IMG/VR virus record: IMGVR_UViG_3300033121_002338
Location: 19,342 to 83,341 of that record
DNA: 64,000 nucleotides
Strand: one strand, 5' to 3'
Source: a virus
Lineage: Duplodnaviria > Caudoviricetes
The notes beneath the pieces are model-generated. The model was not told the DNA's origin, did not search any database, and saw nothing but the letters and a program-made list of their open reading frames with translations. Position numbers and translations under genes: made by a program. Below, piece after piece: positions 16,917-26,200 of this stretch (position 1 is its first letter; the number at the start of each line of letters is the position of its first letter).

Positions 16917-17780
16917 ATGAGCTGCCCCGCTTTAGTTGGAGCCAGGCCCAGAATTAGTGCGCGGCGGGGCCAGGTCGCCGACCTGAATGTGAATTTCTAC
17001 AATGCCGGAGTTCTAGCCGATCCTTTTGCCATTTATAAAGTTGAGATTTATAAGACTCAGATCTTACCCCACAATTTGGTCGCCACAATTCCGGTGGTGG
17101 CTCCTACCGATGACCTCTACCCGGCACCAGTCTGCCAGGAGACCGAGGCGACCCAAACCGGCGCCTGTGGCACGGAGCCTGATTCTGATGCCACCCCAAT
17201 TGTTGGCAAATACCATCTGCCGTACTTGGTGCCGAACGACGCTGTAGTACCGGATATTTATTTTGATCTCTGGTATTATTACCCAACCAATCCGGTCCAA
17301 GACGGCACTTCGCCGACCGCCGATGAGCTAGATGACGACCAGTCGTTGGCCCAATTGTTGACCTGTTGCCACCGCTTTTGGGTGTATCCGGAAGAGTGGT
17401 TCTGCGGCGATGGCCTGCAGACCGTCAGGTTTGACTTCGAGCCGCTCGATCAACGTTTTCATTCGCCGGAACGCCGGCCGCTTGAGCTTGGGATCGTGCC
17501 GTTGCCGCTGTATGATTTCAATTACAATTTAGTGATGCCTCTAATTCCGTTTTTGAAACCGACGATTTCGATCGAGACTCAGAATTGCGAATTGTTGGTT
17601 GATAAGGAGGAGTGCCGGATTGGTCTCCGGCAGGGTTCTTATCGTTCCCATCCCTGGGTTATCCAGTATGAGCTGGACACGACTCGTTTCTTGAAGGGGA
17701 CGTATCGTTATTTTGTGACTGTCATGCTGCCCGATGGCTCGACGCGGGTGAGTCGTAAGTTTATTATCACCGTCTCCTGA
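16917..17780 (+). CDS. Hypothetical protein (probably virion, beta-rich)
   Basis: 287 aa; AGGA RBS; CAAAAATAT box at 16888. Confidence 0.65.
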   Translation: MSCPALVGARPRISARRGQVADLNVNFYNAGVLADPFAIYKVEIYKTQILPHNLVATIPVVAPTDDLYPAPVCQETEATQTGACGTEPDSDATPIVGKYHLPYLVPNDAVVPDIYFDLWYYYPTNPVQDGTSPTADELDDDQSLAQLLTCCHRFWVYPEEWFCGDGLQTVRFDFEPLDQRFHSPERRPLELGIVPLPLYDFNYNLVMPLIPFLKPTISIETQNCELLVDKEECRIGLRQGSYRSHPWVIQYELDTTRFLKGTYRYFVTVMLPDGSTRVSRKFIITVS

Positions 17781-17792
17781 GTGGGGTGAGCC

Positions 17793-18212
17793 ATGCCGTC
17801 GATGCCATTGGTCCGTCTACGCCAATTGTGTGACTCACTTGATCGGGAGGAGAGTTTGGCTGACGGTTTCTTCCAGCGTTCGCCAGACCTGTTGGCTGTA
17901 ATTGACCATGATGGATCATTTATCAAAACTAGCCGGTCCTGGAATAAATTACCTGGGTGGGATTGTAACGATAATCTGTTTGATTTTGTTCGCCCGGACT
18001 GTCGTGTCGCTTTCCGGGACATGTTAGCCAGCCTTTCGGATCACGATGTGAATAGCTTCGATTGTGCAGTTGGCACGGTCGATGATGGATATGTTGATAT
18101 CAACTTCTCTGCCACCAGGTGGCGGGACGGTCGATCGAATTTGATCGGCCGGATTGGTAATGAGTTGAAGGACGCCCATGCCGAACACCACAAACAAGCC
18201 GACCGGGGGTGA
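17793..18212 (+). CDS. Stand-alone PAS-domain protein
   Basis: FFQRSPDLLAVIDHDGSF...LFDFVRPD...DDGYVDINFSATRW, typical PAS pattern. Confidence 0.7.
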   Translation: MPSMPLVRLRQLCDSLDREESLADGFFQRSPDLLAVIDHDGSFIKTSRSWNKLPGWDCNDNLFDFVRPDCRVAFRDMLASLSDHDVNSFDCAVGTVDDGYVDINFSATRWRDGRSNLIGRIGNELKDAHAEHHKQADRG

Positions 18213-18603
18213 CGCAAACGGTTGGACCGAGTATCGTAGACTGGTTCTCGCCGAACTGGAGCGGCTCAGCCGTGAACTCCAACAAATCCAATCGCAGATT
18301 GCAAGCTTGCAGCTGGTCTTGAGCCAATCTATCAACGACAACAAGCACACGACCAGCGAGAAAATCAGAGAGGCCACTAACAAGTTGGATGACACCTACG
18401 AAAAACGATGCAAGGAGACTGGGACCGAGACCGAGAAATCGTTAAAAGAACTGGAAAGGAAACTGGAGAAGGCCGACGAAACCATCGAAAAAGTGGCCAA
18501 GGACCTGCACGGCCTCAATTCCAAGGCCATGGCTCTTGGGGCTGCCGCCGGCTTCATCATGAGCCTGGTCGGGCTAATGGCTTCTATCTTCTTCAAGAAA
18601 TGA
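18178..18603 (+). CDS. Coiled-coil protein with C-terminal transmembrane helix (holin/XhlA-like architecture)
   Basis: Heptad-rich body; terminal AMALGAAAGFIMSLVGLMASIFFKK. Confidence 0.65.
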   Translation: MPNTTNKPTGGDANGWTEYRRLVLAELERLSRELQQIQSQIASLQLVLSQSINDNKHTTSEKIREATNKLDDTYEKRCKETGTETEKSLKELERKLEKADETIEKVAKDLHGLNSKAMALGAAAGFIMSLVGLMASIFFKK

Positions 18604-18613
18604 TCGATAGTAT

Positions 18614-19702
18614 TTGACAGCTATGGCTTACAGTCCCAATAAGGCCAGAGTCCACCTCCCGTCTCCCAAGATCAAGGCCTGGATCGAAAGACACTTCCCC
18701 GACTATCGTACCCGCCGTGAAGGCCAAGAATATCTGATTTGCAACCCCTTTAATGGGGACAGCAATTTCAAGATGAACATCAACCCAGACAAAATGGTCG
18801 TTCACGACTGGCGTGGCGATGACTGGGCCAAAATCAACCCACAGACCGGCAAACGAAAATGTTCGTTCATCGACTTTGTGATGCTCTACAAGTCGTTTAG
18901 CTTCGACCAAGCGGTCCGCGACATCCTCCAAACCACCGGACCCATCGCCCCGATGCTCCAACCAGCATCCCGGGAACCGGAGCAAGTATTTCAGATCGAA
19001 TTGCCCAAGGGCGCCAACAAGATCGCTGACGAATTAGACCACCCGGAAGTAAAAATCCTCCTCCACTGGCTCAAGGGGCGTGGGTATACTGTCGAGGAGA
19101 TCGCGGAAAATGAATTATATCACGCTGGCGTAGAGTGCATCTGGCCTTACTTCGAATTCGAAGAGATCGTTTATTGGCAGAGCCGGAATCGCCTTGACAA
19201 GATCTATCGTTTTCCGCCCACCAAGATCAAGGATAAGGACGGGAAAATCATAGGTAAAAGCGAGTATGGTAAGGGGGATTTCCTTTACGGATTTGACGAC
19301 TGCCTGGACTCGAAATACGCGATTATCACCGAATCGATCTTTGGCAAGCATACCCTCGGGGAGCACACGCTGGCGACCGGCGGGGCCGCAATCACCCCAA
19401 GCCAGATCAAGAAACTCAGTATCCTGGCGCCCGAGTCAGTTATCCTCTCGCCCGACAACGATCGAGCGGGGATCAAAAGTGTGCTGACCAACGGCCGCGA
19501 CCTGCTGAGAGCTGGGTTTAAGGTTTATTATAGCCTACCGCCAGCCACGCCCCATGGCGACGGACACATCAAAGATTGGAACGAAATGTTCGAGACTTTG
19601 AAAATGAGCAAAAAAGAGATTAGGTCCACCCACGACAAGTCGATCCGTGCCTTCGACGAGCGTGGGAAGGACGATCTGTTCCGCCGTCTCTACTCAAGCT
19701 AG
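18614..19702 (+). CDS. DNA primase (TOPRIM)
   Basis: YWQSR, FLYGFD, AIITES, LSPDNDRAG (DxD), KDWNEM; degenerate Zn-binding region. Confidence 0.8.
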   Translation: MTAMAYSPNKARVHLPSPKIKAWIERHFPDYRTRREGQEYLICNPFNGDSNFKMNINPDKMVVHDWRGDDWAKINPQTGKRKCSFIDFVMLYKSFSFDQAVRDILQTTGPIAPMLQPASREPEQVFQIELPKGANKIADELDHPEVKILLHWLKGRGYTVEEIAENELYHAGVECIWPYFEFEEIVYWQSRNRLDKIYRFPPTKIKDKDGKIIGKSEYGKGDFLYGFDDCLDSKYAIITESIFGKHTLGEHTLATGGAAITPSQIKKLSILAPESVILSPDNDRAGIKSVLTNGRDLLRAGFKVYYSLPPATPHGDGHIKDWNEMFETLKMSKKEIRSTHDKSIRAFDERGKDDLFRRLYSS

Positions 19703-20281
19703 TGAACGGCCCACTGCTTCCTCCACCTTTCTGATTAGCTCGTATAATGGCGATGACTTGGTGATCGCCCTTGCGAACTTCATGATTGTGCTCGTGTTAG
19801 CCACAATCGGTAGGTCGTAGACGTGGTCGGCGGTGAGCAAAAACTCAAAGCCGCTCCGGCCGTCATAGACCTTTTTGGTCTGGACGTTGATCCAGATGCC
19901 AGGGTTGCAATTTGGGTCCTGTAGCTCGGTGTCGGTGGCCAGACTAAAACCGGCCTCTTTGACGTTGACCCATCGCAGGCTGTGGCATTTGTTGTTCGTG
20001 CCGACAATGGCTGCTTGCAGGTTCATCTCGTCGAATTTCTTGCGATCGACGGGATTGTAACCCTTGCGGCCTTTCTCCCGCCGTTTCTTGTCGATCAATT
20101 CAGCGGCCTCATAGTCATTTGCCATGGTCACTTGCTGGGTCTGTCCGCCGGTGCCGATGCGTCCCCACCGGGAGTGGACGATTTTGGTGGATTCGTCGTA
20201 GCGGCAAGCCCAGAATTTGTTGTGGTTCTCCTCGTTGCAGACTAAGATGGTTTCGTTTTTGTAACGGTCCAGCCAGGCCAT
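19694..20281 (-). CDS. WGR-domain protein
   Basis: HNKFW...VHSRWGRIGTGGQTQ...KKRREKGRKGY. Confidence 0.8.
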   Translation of the reverse strand: MAWLDRYKNETILVCNEENHNKFWACRYDESTKIVHSRWGRIGTGGQTQQVTMANDYEAAELIDKKRREKGRKGYNPVDRKKFDEMNLQAAIVGTNNKCHSLRWVNVKEAGFSLATDTELQDPNCNPGIWINVQTKKVYDGRSGFEFLLTADHVYDLPIVANTSTIMKFARAITKSSPLYELIRKVEEAVGRSLA

Positions 20282-20308
20282 AGATGACTCGGGTTAAAGG
20301 AAATTGCC

Positions 20309-20355
20309 TTCATTGACACAATACATCGACTCAACAGATGTATTGTGTCAATGAA
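20309..20355. repeat. Perfect 19-bp inverted repeat with 9-nt spacer between divergent genes
   Basis: TTCATTGACACAATACATC-GACTCAACA-GATGTATTGTGTCAATGAA. Confidence 0.9.
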
Positions 20356-20369
20356 CAAAGGAGATATCG

Positions 20370-20978
20370 ATGTCGGTTAAATTGAGCCAAGCTCAGACTG
20401 ATGCGGTTAACCAGGTTATGAATGAGACCGTGGCTAAATTCGTGAATGACTTGCCGCAATCGATTACGGCGAAACTGCACCAGGCCGTTATTTATGCCAT
20501 GGGGTTGGAGGACTCTTTTGGTCAGTGGAAAGTGATAAAGAATGAGCAGACTATTATCACCGATCTGGTTAAGACCAAGGCGGCGCAGCTTGCCGCGGCG
20601 ATGGCGCCTTGTGTCGATGAAGCTGTTGAAATGGCCAAAAATGACCCGGAATTCCGGAAGCAATTGGTCCAGACCCTGGCGGCAGAATTCAGAAATAAGG
20701 TTCAGTACGCGCTACTCAGCGTTATTTCCCTTAAGGCCAAAGAAGCGATCTCGGCGATCGTGGAAACCACTTTTGGCGGCGAGAACGGGAGGGTCGGTGT
20801 CGGTCTGGTGTTCGGGTCGATCGACCCGAACGATCCGAAGTCGTTCGAAGGTGTGGTAGGCGAACGGGTGTTGGCGATTCTGGCCCGTGCCGCCGCCGCT
20901 GGCAAGACTGCTAGCGCCACCCGTAAGTTTTCCATTCAACACGGCGCCAGCCGTGTTATTATAGATGGTGCTGGCTGA
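20370..20978 (+). CDS. Hypothetical helical protein
   Basis: AAGGAG RBS; 202 aa; weak DP-like motif IDPNDPKSFE. Confidence 0.65.
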   Translation: MSVKLSQAQTDAVNQVMNETVAKFVNDLPQSITAKLHQAVIYAMGLEDSFGQWKVIKNEQTIITDLVKTKAAQLAAAMAPCVDEAVEMAKNDPEFRKQLVQTLAAEFRNKVQYALLSVISLKAKEAISAIVETTFGGENGRVGVGLVFGSIDPNDPKSFEGVVGERVLAILARAAAAGKTASATRKFSIQHGASRVIIDGAG

Positions 20979-21231
20979 TGATCTGGAAATTCCCTTGATT
21001 GATCTGTCGATAATGCATTCGATAGGCGTTTGGGCAGTGGTCACGTAGCCACTGGACGCGACGTGGTAGACTGGTCGCGTCCAGTAGCTTGCGGTGTTTT
21101 AGTATTGCGGCCCTTTCTTCATCGCTCACTTCTTGTGCTAACACCCCACATAATTTCCCATTTCGTTCGCCGATTTTCAGGAACAGGAAATATTGGTTCT
21201 TTGGGATGTATCTAATGAATAGGAGTTCCAT
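20959..21231 (-). CDS. Hypothetical protein
   Basis: 90-aa ORF filling the gap between genes. Confidence 0.5.
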   Translation of the reverse strand: MELLFIRYIPKNQYFLFLKIGERNGKLCGVLAQEVSDEERAAILKHRKLLDATSLPRRVQWLRDHCPNAYRMHYRQINQGNFQIISQHHL

Positions 21232-21258
21232 CGCAAATCCTTATGGCGAATATAACGT

Positions 21259-22539
21259 ATGCAACCAGTTGCCAATGCTACCCCGCGGGTCCGGATTACC
21301 TTCGATTTGGGAGGTTTGACCACCACCGACATTGGCTATGCCTACAATAAATTCGAATTTCGAGGTATGGTCAACGGTGGCTATATTATTAAAGCAACTC
21401 TGATCGATGCTAATTATAATATCCTCAACAATTTAATTGAGAACGGCTACCTTAAGGAGAGCCGATCCAAGCCGGTCTACGTTACTTTTCAGATCCAAGC
21501 TGGCCCGCAAGGGACTTATCCAAACAGTGCTACCAGGGTTCAGAAGGCTATTTTGGTGTCGCTCTCCACAAAAGCCGGCCCTGACGCAGGTCGGTTGGAA
21601 TTCGTGGCGATAGACCCACCATCATGGTATCTCAACCGCGGGGACGCCTCCGGCCAGTCTTATAAGGGGCGAGTGGATCAGGTCATTCAGAAAGTTGTCA
21701 ACCAATATGCTCCGGGGATCTCGGTCGAAGTAGGGCGTACTGTTGATTCTGAGCAGAATCGGTGGTGGATGATGCGACAGGACCCAAAAACCTTTATATC
21801 CAGCCTGATGGATTGGTCGGCGTCGATCACCCAGCGCAAGACCCAATGGTTGTTAGAATCAGACGGCAATCAACTGGTAATCAAGGAGCAAGGGATGCTC
21901 CAGTCGAAACAAAGGGCCTTCTACCGCTACTTTGATATCAACCACGGTAATACTATTAGTTCTATGGAGTTGCTGGCTGATAATGCTTTGAATGTGGTTC
22001 AGTCGAAGCTAATCACCGCTGGTTCGGCGGCGATTTCCGGCCAATATCTGGACCGTATCACCGACCAGTCGGAGCGCAAGGTGTTTGTTAAGGATAGCCG
22101 GACTGAGAACAAGCAGATTGCTAAAGTCAACGACGATCAGGCTTTCTCCCACGAGGCCGACAACATTGGCTGGACCCAAGTTAGTGCTGTGCCTGAGATT
22201 TACTCTGCTGGCGACCTCGGTATTGGCTACGACGAATATATCGATGGTAGACCGCGTGCTATGTGGCTGAACCTGGTTAATTCGCTTCTGCGGGCGAAAT
22301 TTTCGGTCTTGGGCCACGGCGAATGGTCAAGCGGCCGTGGGCTCGGGGTCGATACGATTTTCGTGAAATGGACTGCTGCTCGCCGCAGTGGTAGTTCTGA
22401 TTATTGGTGGGTTACTGGTAACTGGCTGGTATATGGCTTCCACCATGTGGTCAGTCGCGATAAGTGGATGACTGACCTGTACTGCGCACGATATGAGGCG
22501 GACTCGGTGGCTCATCAGGTTGGCGGCCTGATAGCATAA
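21259..22539 (+). CDS. Baseplate hub protein (gp27/gpD-like)
   Basis: SYKGRVDQVIQKVV, C-terminal GNWLVYGFHHVVSRDKWMTDLYCAR; size and synteny. Confidence 0.65.
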   Translation: MQPVANATPRVRITFDLGGLTTTDIGYAYNKFEFRGMVNGGYIIKATLIDANYNILNNLIENGYLKESRSKPVYVTFQIQAGPQGTYPNSATRVQKAILVSLSTKAGPDAGRLEFVAIDPPSWYLNRGDASGQSYKGRVDQVIQKVVNQYAPGISVEVGRTVDSEQNRWWMMRQDPKTFISSLMDWSASITQRKTQWLLESDGNQLVIKEQGMLQSKQRAFYRYFDINHGNTISSMELLADNALNVVQSKLITAGSAAISGQYLDRITDQSERKVFVKDSRTENKQIAKVNDDQAFSHEADNIGWTQVSAVPEIYSAGDLGIGYDEYIDGRPRAMWLNLVNSLLRAKFSVLGHGEWSSGRGLGVDTIFVKWTAARRSGSSDYWWVTGNWLVYGFHHVVSRDKWMTDLYCARYEADSVAHQVGGLIA

Positions 22540-23030
22540 GATCCCTCGCGCCGGGTGTAGTCGTGGAACTTGTTGTACAGCATCCCGCCAACAACCCAAC
22601 TGCCAGCGATGATCCCCAGTTTGGTCACTGGGTCCAGGGTCGGCTCGAACTTCCCGGCCTTCTTGAGTTGAAGGGCGCGGAGGTGGCCACTCTTGTATTT
22701 AAGAACGTGCTCGCGGCTCCCATGAAAATTCGGGTCTAGAACTTTTTTCGTATCAACTTCGGCCTGTAGGAGGTTGATTTGTTCGAAACTCATTTTCAGG
22801 ACCTCCTGGACAATGACGTCCTCCTGGGCGTCGTGAATGGTTTCGCACAAGTCATTGTGGTAATATGGGTAGCCGCGTTCTACCAACGCGGGTTTGCCGC
22901 TCTTCTTTTGTAGTTCGGCATTAAAGTCATCGACGACTTTTTGATACCAATTATGGAGCCTTTCCCGCCAATTTTTGGGCTCGATTGGTATGCCGGTTAC
23001 GATTCGACGGGCGACTGGTAGGTCACTCAT
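22515..23030 (-). CDS. Hypothetical protein
   Basis: AGGAG RBS; 171 aa. Confidence 0.6.
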   Translation of the reverse strand: MSDLPVARRIVTGIPIEPKNWRERLHNWYQKVVDDFNAELQKKSGKPALVERGYPYYHNDLCETIHDAQEDVIVQEVLKMSFEQINLLQAEVDTKKVLDPNFHGSREHVLKYKSGHLRALQLKKAGKFEPTLDPVTKLGIIAGSWVVGGMLYNKFHDYTRREGSYAIRPPT

Positions 23031-23223
23031 ATGGGCACTCCTGCTTGTTTATTGCAGGGGGATTCCCCACAATAAATATACACACTTCGCTTCCAATACG
23101 TCGGAAATTTTCGTGGAAGACCGCAAGATAATAGTAATAGTATCGGAGATGCTGCGTAAGGCCGGGGCGACAGTCGGCTGAATGCTTTTCTAAATTGCTG
23201 GTGGCTTGCCGGAATTGATATCG

Positions 23224-23232
23224 CAAAGATAC
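23224..23232 (+). promoter_or_regulatory. Candidate late-promoter box CAAAGATAC
   Basis: 19 nt before the tape-measure ATG, with GAGG RBS between. Confidence 0.45.
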
Positions 23233-23251
23233 CTAGAATACGAGGTATCTC

Positions 23252-26200
23252 ATGCGATCAGACCCGTCAGTCTATGCACTTAGCGTTCAGCTTAGCCTAG
23301 AATCTCAGGCGGCATTTGCCTCCCTGGATACCTTCAGCGACAAAGTTGTCCAGATCGAGAGCCAGGTTGCCAGTGCGGCCAAAGAGGCGATTGCCTCGAT
23401 TACTGCCATTACCACTGAAGCCAACAAAGCACTCCTGGATTTCTCTCAGAGTTTTCAGGGGATCGATTCGACCACGGTCAAGATTAATACTAATCTAGCC
23501 GAGGCTTCCAAAGAACTCCAGACCCACCTCGACAACAGTGACGATCGACTCAAGGACGGCAAGAAGGAATTCAAGCAGAAGCAAGAAATCAAGGAAATCT
23601 TAGAAGAATTTTCCGATATCCTAGAATCTCACCATGTACAATGGAAAGGATTCTATGATTTAACTGGGAAGATTATCGAGGCGGTCAAGAAAAAGAATCT
23701 AGGCCACAAAGAACAAAATAAACTACTCACAAACGATGTGGAGTTGGCCGGGGCTTTTGGCTCGGCCACCGACAGGAACACAGGTCTACTGAATGACCAA
23801 GGGAGGGTCGTAGGCCAGAATAACCTGACATGGGCATCCATTTGGAATTGGATTCAGAGATCCAGTGAAGCCACTGAGCGTTTCGTTGCCACCAATTATC
23901 GTGCCTACGGTTCCCAGTCTGATCTGTTGGCTAATGCTCGTGCTCTCGGGATCGCTAACGGGATCATGAGTCAGCAGACCCTCGAGGCCTATGCGGTCAT
24001 GGGGAATTTGAAGGTTCCCCGTGAGGAATTGGACAAGTATGCAGATATCGTGGCCAAGACCAGCCGCGCGACCCAAGTCGGCATAGGCCAAGCCGGTGAA
24101 TATGCCAATCGCCTCCGCGTCGTCGGTCTGTCCCTACCCCAGGTAGAACGACAGTTGGTCCACATCACCGAAGCCATGCGGAAATTCGGGCTCTCGACCC
24201 ATGACGTCCAGAATTTGATGGCCGGTTCGTCGGTCGAATTACTCAAGCTTAAGAATGCTTTCGGTGGTTCAGCCGAGCAGATGATTAAATTGGAGGAAGG
24301 CCGCTTCATTATGGCCGGCCTAGGCAAGCAAATCGGCCTGGGTAGCGAGGGGGCACGCGATTTCTATAATTGGATCACCAGAGACTATGAAGCGTTGGCC
24401 CGTTTCGGTGCCTTTGCCGGCATGGCGATCAAGAGCGCCGAAGACCTGAACCAAGCCCAGATCAAGGCCGGCGTTAGACTAGAACAGGAGATGACGGCCC
24501 GCGAAGAACTGGTCAAAACCGGCAAGATGAGCATCCAGGTTGCCCAGGCCTACAATAACGCGATCAGAGACAGTTTCTATGGCGGCTCCGACGCTGCTAT
24601 GCTTACTTCCCGTGAATTCGGCAAAGTCGCTAAACAACTGGGGCTGACCGGAAGCAGTGCCGACGAATTCAACCGCATTATGGAGAGGGTCAACCAAAAC
24701 ATCAAAGACCCCTTCAGTGAAGCAAACCGCAGCTTTATTGCCCAGTGGCGGCTGTTATCGGATCGGTTCTGGACAGTTACCGATGCTATCGGTGCTCTGG
24801 TCGGCGATGCTCTCATGCCACTGCTCCAGGCCCTCAACTGGACTATTACCCAAGCCTTCGCGGTCGGCCAGGCATTCGCCGACGTTATCCACTGGCTCGA
24901 ACAGATCCCGGGCCTTGGCTATGTTATCACCTACTTCAAATGGACTGCGAAAGCAATCGCTGCAGTTGCCATCGCTTTGGTCGTCCTGACCGCCGCGGCA
25001 GTCTCTTTCATGGGGGTCTTTGGTTCAATCGGCGGTCTGTTCGCCAGACTAGCTATGGGGATGCAATTCGCCCTCAATTTCATCCTCAATCTGGCTAGCG
25101 TTGTCGGCCAAGGGATCGTCATCCTCCTGACTAGTATCGGGCAAGGCTTCTTAGCCCTCGGCAATCTGGTCAGGAGTGTGACGGTGCCATTGCTGGCTCT
25201 GGGAGCAGCGTTGCTGATGGCCGGTGGCGGGGCTTACCTGTTTGCGCTCGGGGTCAGAACAGTCGCCGAAGTAGGTTGGGCTGCCATCCCGGCCATGCTT
25301 GGCTTGATTGCCGCCGTGGCCGTTCTTGGTGTCGTGCTGGTGGGGATAGCCACCCTCATCCAAGGTCCGATTGCCGTTGGAATGGTTGTCCTTGGAGCCA
25401 CCCTGCTCATGATCGGGGCCGGCGCCTGGCTGGCCGGCCAGGGTCTCGCTGCGGCCGGGGCAGGACTCACAGCCATCGCCGGTGTTATGAGTTTTGAACT
25501 GTTGACTTTCCTCGGCGGGCTTGGGATAGCCGTGGTGGCGCTGGGGGCCGCCTCCCTGATCGGTGCACCAGGAATCGTGGCATTGTCAGTGGCCCTGTCA
25601 GCATTGGGCTTAGCTCTCCGTCTGGTGGTTTGGCCGATGGAAACCCTGATGGCGGTGGCCGCTAAATTCATGGGGGGTGTAGAAAAACTGGCCGTGGCCA
25701 TTGGGTTTGTTATGACCGGCTTGGTGGGTGGCATCAAGGACCTGGCTGCGGTTTCCCCGCTATTGGTTTTCGCCGCCACGGCAATCTTGGCCGGCGGCCT
25801 GGCGATGATCCCGGCGGCCATAGCACTAACGGCAGCCGGCACGATGCTCTTGCCCGGGTCCATTCTGATGGCTCAAGTGGGTAGGTTCATCGAAGTTGGT
25901 GGCCAGTCCCTCTTGGCCGGTTCGCCGCTGCTGGCCGCCGGAGCCCAGCAACTTCAGGCCGCCGTAAACGCACTCTGGGACGTAAACGGGCTCTTCAAAT
26001 CAGCCAGCCTGCTGTTGCCAGGCGCGGCGGTGCTGGTGAAGCTGGGGGCCGCTATCCTGCTTGGCGGCAAGGGCGTAGCAGCCGGTAGCGCCGCCCTTTT
26101 CGTTGGCACCGAAAGATTGCGGGACGTGGCCGGGCTATTTCAGGGGGTTGCCGCGACTTTGGGTGCGTTAGCCCCGTTAGCCGTCTCTCTGCCCGCCAGT

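Noticed and set aside
18614-18619. TTGACA as a sigma70 -35 box
   Set aside because: No -10 element at 16-18 nt, and it overlaps the primase start.
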